From Botryllus schlosseri (taxonomy: Eukaryota): a stretch of DNA of 64,000 nucleotides. Position 1 is the stretch's first letter, and each line of letters starts with the position of its first letter. Below the pieces are notes generated by a model. That model was not told the DNA's origin. It saw nothing but the letters and a program-made list of their open reading frames with translations, and did not search any database. This document shows positions 61,815 through 64,000 of the stretch, in pieces. The stretch spans positions 29,452,001-29,516,000 of the forward strand of contig CM119371.1 of the NCBI GenBank assembly GCA_051294905.1, read 5' to 3'. A program made the position numbers and the translations under genes.

Positions 61815-63221
61815 ATATGCGATGGCCGCAAGGATTGCTTGTCTGGAATCGACGGATGTCAGCCGGGCTGCATAGATAGCGCATTTTCCGATGAGAAGTC
61901 GATGATTACAAACAAAGCTGTACTGGCAGTGGTGTGGATAATCAGTGAGTCTACCCACCGGTCAAATCCATGCTTTTATCATTCCACAATGGACAGGCTA
62001 ATCGTCGAATATTACAAGATTATGATTACAAATAGAGGTGTCTTGATAGTGGTGTGTAGTCGGTACTGTTGGTCACCAAATTCAAGCCCTGGTTTATGCC
62101 TATTACATCCAGTTTATAATGCTGCAATTTTCGACAGTTGCGAGGTTTAAGTGTGGAAAGCTATCATAAACACTCGTATATCAGCTGATAAAACCGTCTT
62201 CTTACCTCCGGCTTAATCACGGTAATGAGTTCTGTCCAATCAATGATCTCTTTCTAAATATCCTATCAGCATATGCTCCGCGGTATTTCGACCATGTTTC
62301 ATATCATGCGTGTACTGTACCATGTGTCATATGTATAACACCATATCACAAACCGATTCCAATATCTCGCCCAGAATACTGAACCTATATCATTACATTC
62401 TGTTAGAAATATTATACTCATTCAACCATTAGATTACTATCCTATGATGGAAGGACAGGTTGTTAACATGTTTCAACTCGTGTCACGTTAAAATTATCAC
62501 ATAAGTTGATGCAGTGTATATATTTTGAACTGAGTTCAATACCTTAGTGAAGTAAATGGACACGAAAATTTCCCGACTGTTGTTGTTATTGTTATTATAT
62601 GTTGGTATTTAGACTATACTATAGTCGTTATACACCGCGCCGATATTCCTTATGGTGATTCCATATTTTCTGCCTCGTACCACAGCTCAGTTCTACGCTC
62701 TCTGCTTACGCGGATAAGATGGCGAGGAGTTCTTCATACAATATACTTTTATAAGACCAGCACAAACCCATTGCCATTGCTCTAATCGAGTGACGTAGCA
62801 ACGTAACTGGTACCCGGTGTTTTTCAGGTATTATTGCGATCTTCGGATGCACGTCTATAGTTGCGTCGAGACTGCATGATGTCGTGAAATCCACTAGACG
62901 TCCTGCTAGCTCATCGCGATCTAATATCAACAAATTGCTTATCTTGAGTCTATCCGTATCTGATTTACTTGTTGGGGTATCACAAGGAATGGCTGTTAGG
63001 CGTATTATGCGGTGTATTCAGTGTAACGACTAATTACAGATTTACACCCTTTGCATATGCATCAAGGCCATTCGAGTGGGAGGTAGCTACTGCTTCGTTG
63101 ATATTGAATGGAGGAGCAGCACCACTTGTGCCATTTTGGGCGCTTTGTTGGTCATCGGATCAGAGCAATCTGTTCTAACGATGGTTTTAATAACAGTATA
63201 TCGTTTGCATGCGACCGTGAG
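61815..63221 (+). CDS. Second, paralogous LDLa-GPCR segment (last LDLa half plus TM1-TM3); presumably continues beyond the window; no 5' exons found
   Basis: Exons 61815-61944, 62828-62976 and 63040-63221 have the same lengths (130, 149, 182 nt) and phases as 47486-47615, 48166-48314 and 48376-48557. The frames are open: ICDGRKDCLSGIDGCQPG...LSVSDLLVGIYTLCICIK...EWRSSTTCAILG. Confidence 0.85.
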
Positions 63222-63356
63222 GTATGGATTAGCATATTGCATTGAGGATTTCATTGATCGAAAATTATAGTGGAGTATCTCTTCGAAATTATAACTCATA
63301 TTTTTATTAAAGTTGAATAAAACACATGCGCGGCAGGGCTGGCGAATGGCGTATAG

Positions 63357-64000
63357 CAGGGGTGGGCAAACGTTTGAGCTGGCGGGCCGCATTCAACATC
63401 TGAATCCATTCGCGGGCCGCACTATATAAAATTGGGATTATAAACCAAAACGCAATATTGGTATTTGATTATATGGTGAGGACATGTAGATGCTTATTTA
63501 AAGCAAACCAAGCATTTCGTTGATGATATCGTATATGCGCCAGAAACGATGGCGAGATTTCATAGGCTGGTCGACCTCAACAACCAATTTGTCAAAACTA
63601 TAGGGATAAAAGTCGGTGGTACCTAGCTTCAAACACGCTTCTATAGTGTGTGGATAACATATAAATACCCTAATTCTACGCATACAGAGAACGAATCTAC
63701 CTAAGACAAGCGCGAATCGCTTTTTATAAGAACATCACTGAAAAAATTGAAACTGGAGTGGCCAATCTGAAATCACACTCGTAACCCGAATTACGTCAAT
63801 CTCGTTTAGGATTTCTGTGATTTCTGTGATGAGCTTTATTATCGGGCTGTCGCGCCAGACATTAAACATAAAAAATAATCTAGGAATTATTGACCTTAGA
63901 CCAGTGGTTTTCAAACTTTGCAAGAGACTAAACGTTCACCCTTACGATGGTGAAAAATTACGTGTCCCCTTTATCGTCATATCACAAAACGCAACAAGGA
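63357..64000. mobile_element. hAT-type MITE start with a nested MITE from 63902, truncated by the window end
   Basis: CAGGGGTGGGCAAAC followed by GCGGGCCGCA repeats. CAGTGGTTTTCAAACTT at 63902 matches the 16040 family. Confidence 0.65.

Overview
AT-rich animal genomic DNA with GT-AG introns and dense repeats. The gene content suggests an ascidian or a similar invertebrate (inference). Hand-built gene models: (1) a 3-exon Reeler-domain gene (+, 1408-5557) with a signal peptide and a GPI-like tail; (2) a 4-exon PLAC8/cornifelin-family gene (-, 9513-14418) with an unusual Met-rich hydrophobic N-terminus; (3) a ~22-exon LDLa-repeat rhodopsin-class GPCR (+, 27804-56614) with a GRL101/RXFP-type 7TM, no recognisable LRRs, one internal stop/frameshift and a suspiciously short tail; (4) a second copy of only the 7TM half of that receptor, from 61815 to the window end. 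The rest is mostly transposons: many hAT-type MITEs with readable 8-bp TSDs, nested up to five deep, a TA-flanked pogo-type element, tRNA-derived SINEs, an RNase H-bearing LINE remnant and Penelope-like retroelement 3' ends. The most striking structures are two fold-back Penelope-type insertions (a ~99% identical 1234-bp palindrome and a ~330-bp non-coding one), each with a hammerhead ribozyme motif at both outer ends. A fifth hammerhead lies at 52371. Three of the five share a 7-bp potential pseudoknot. All calls were made by eye, without database searches.
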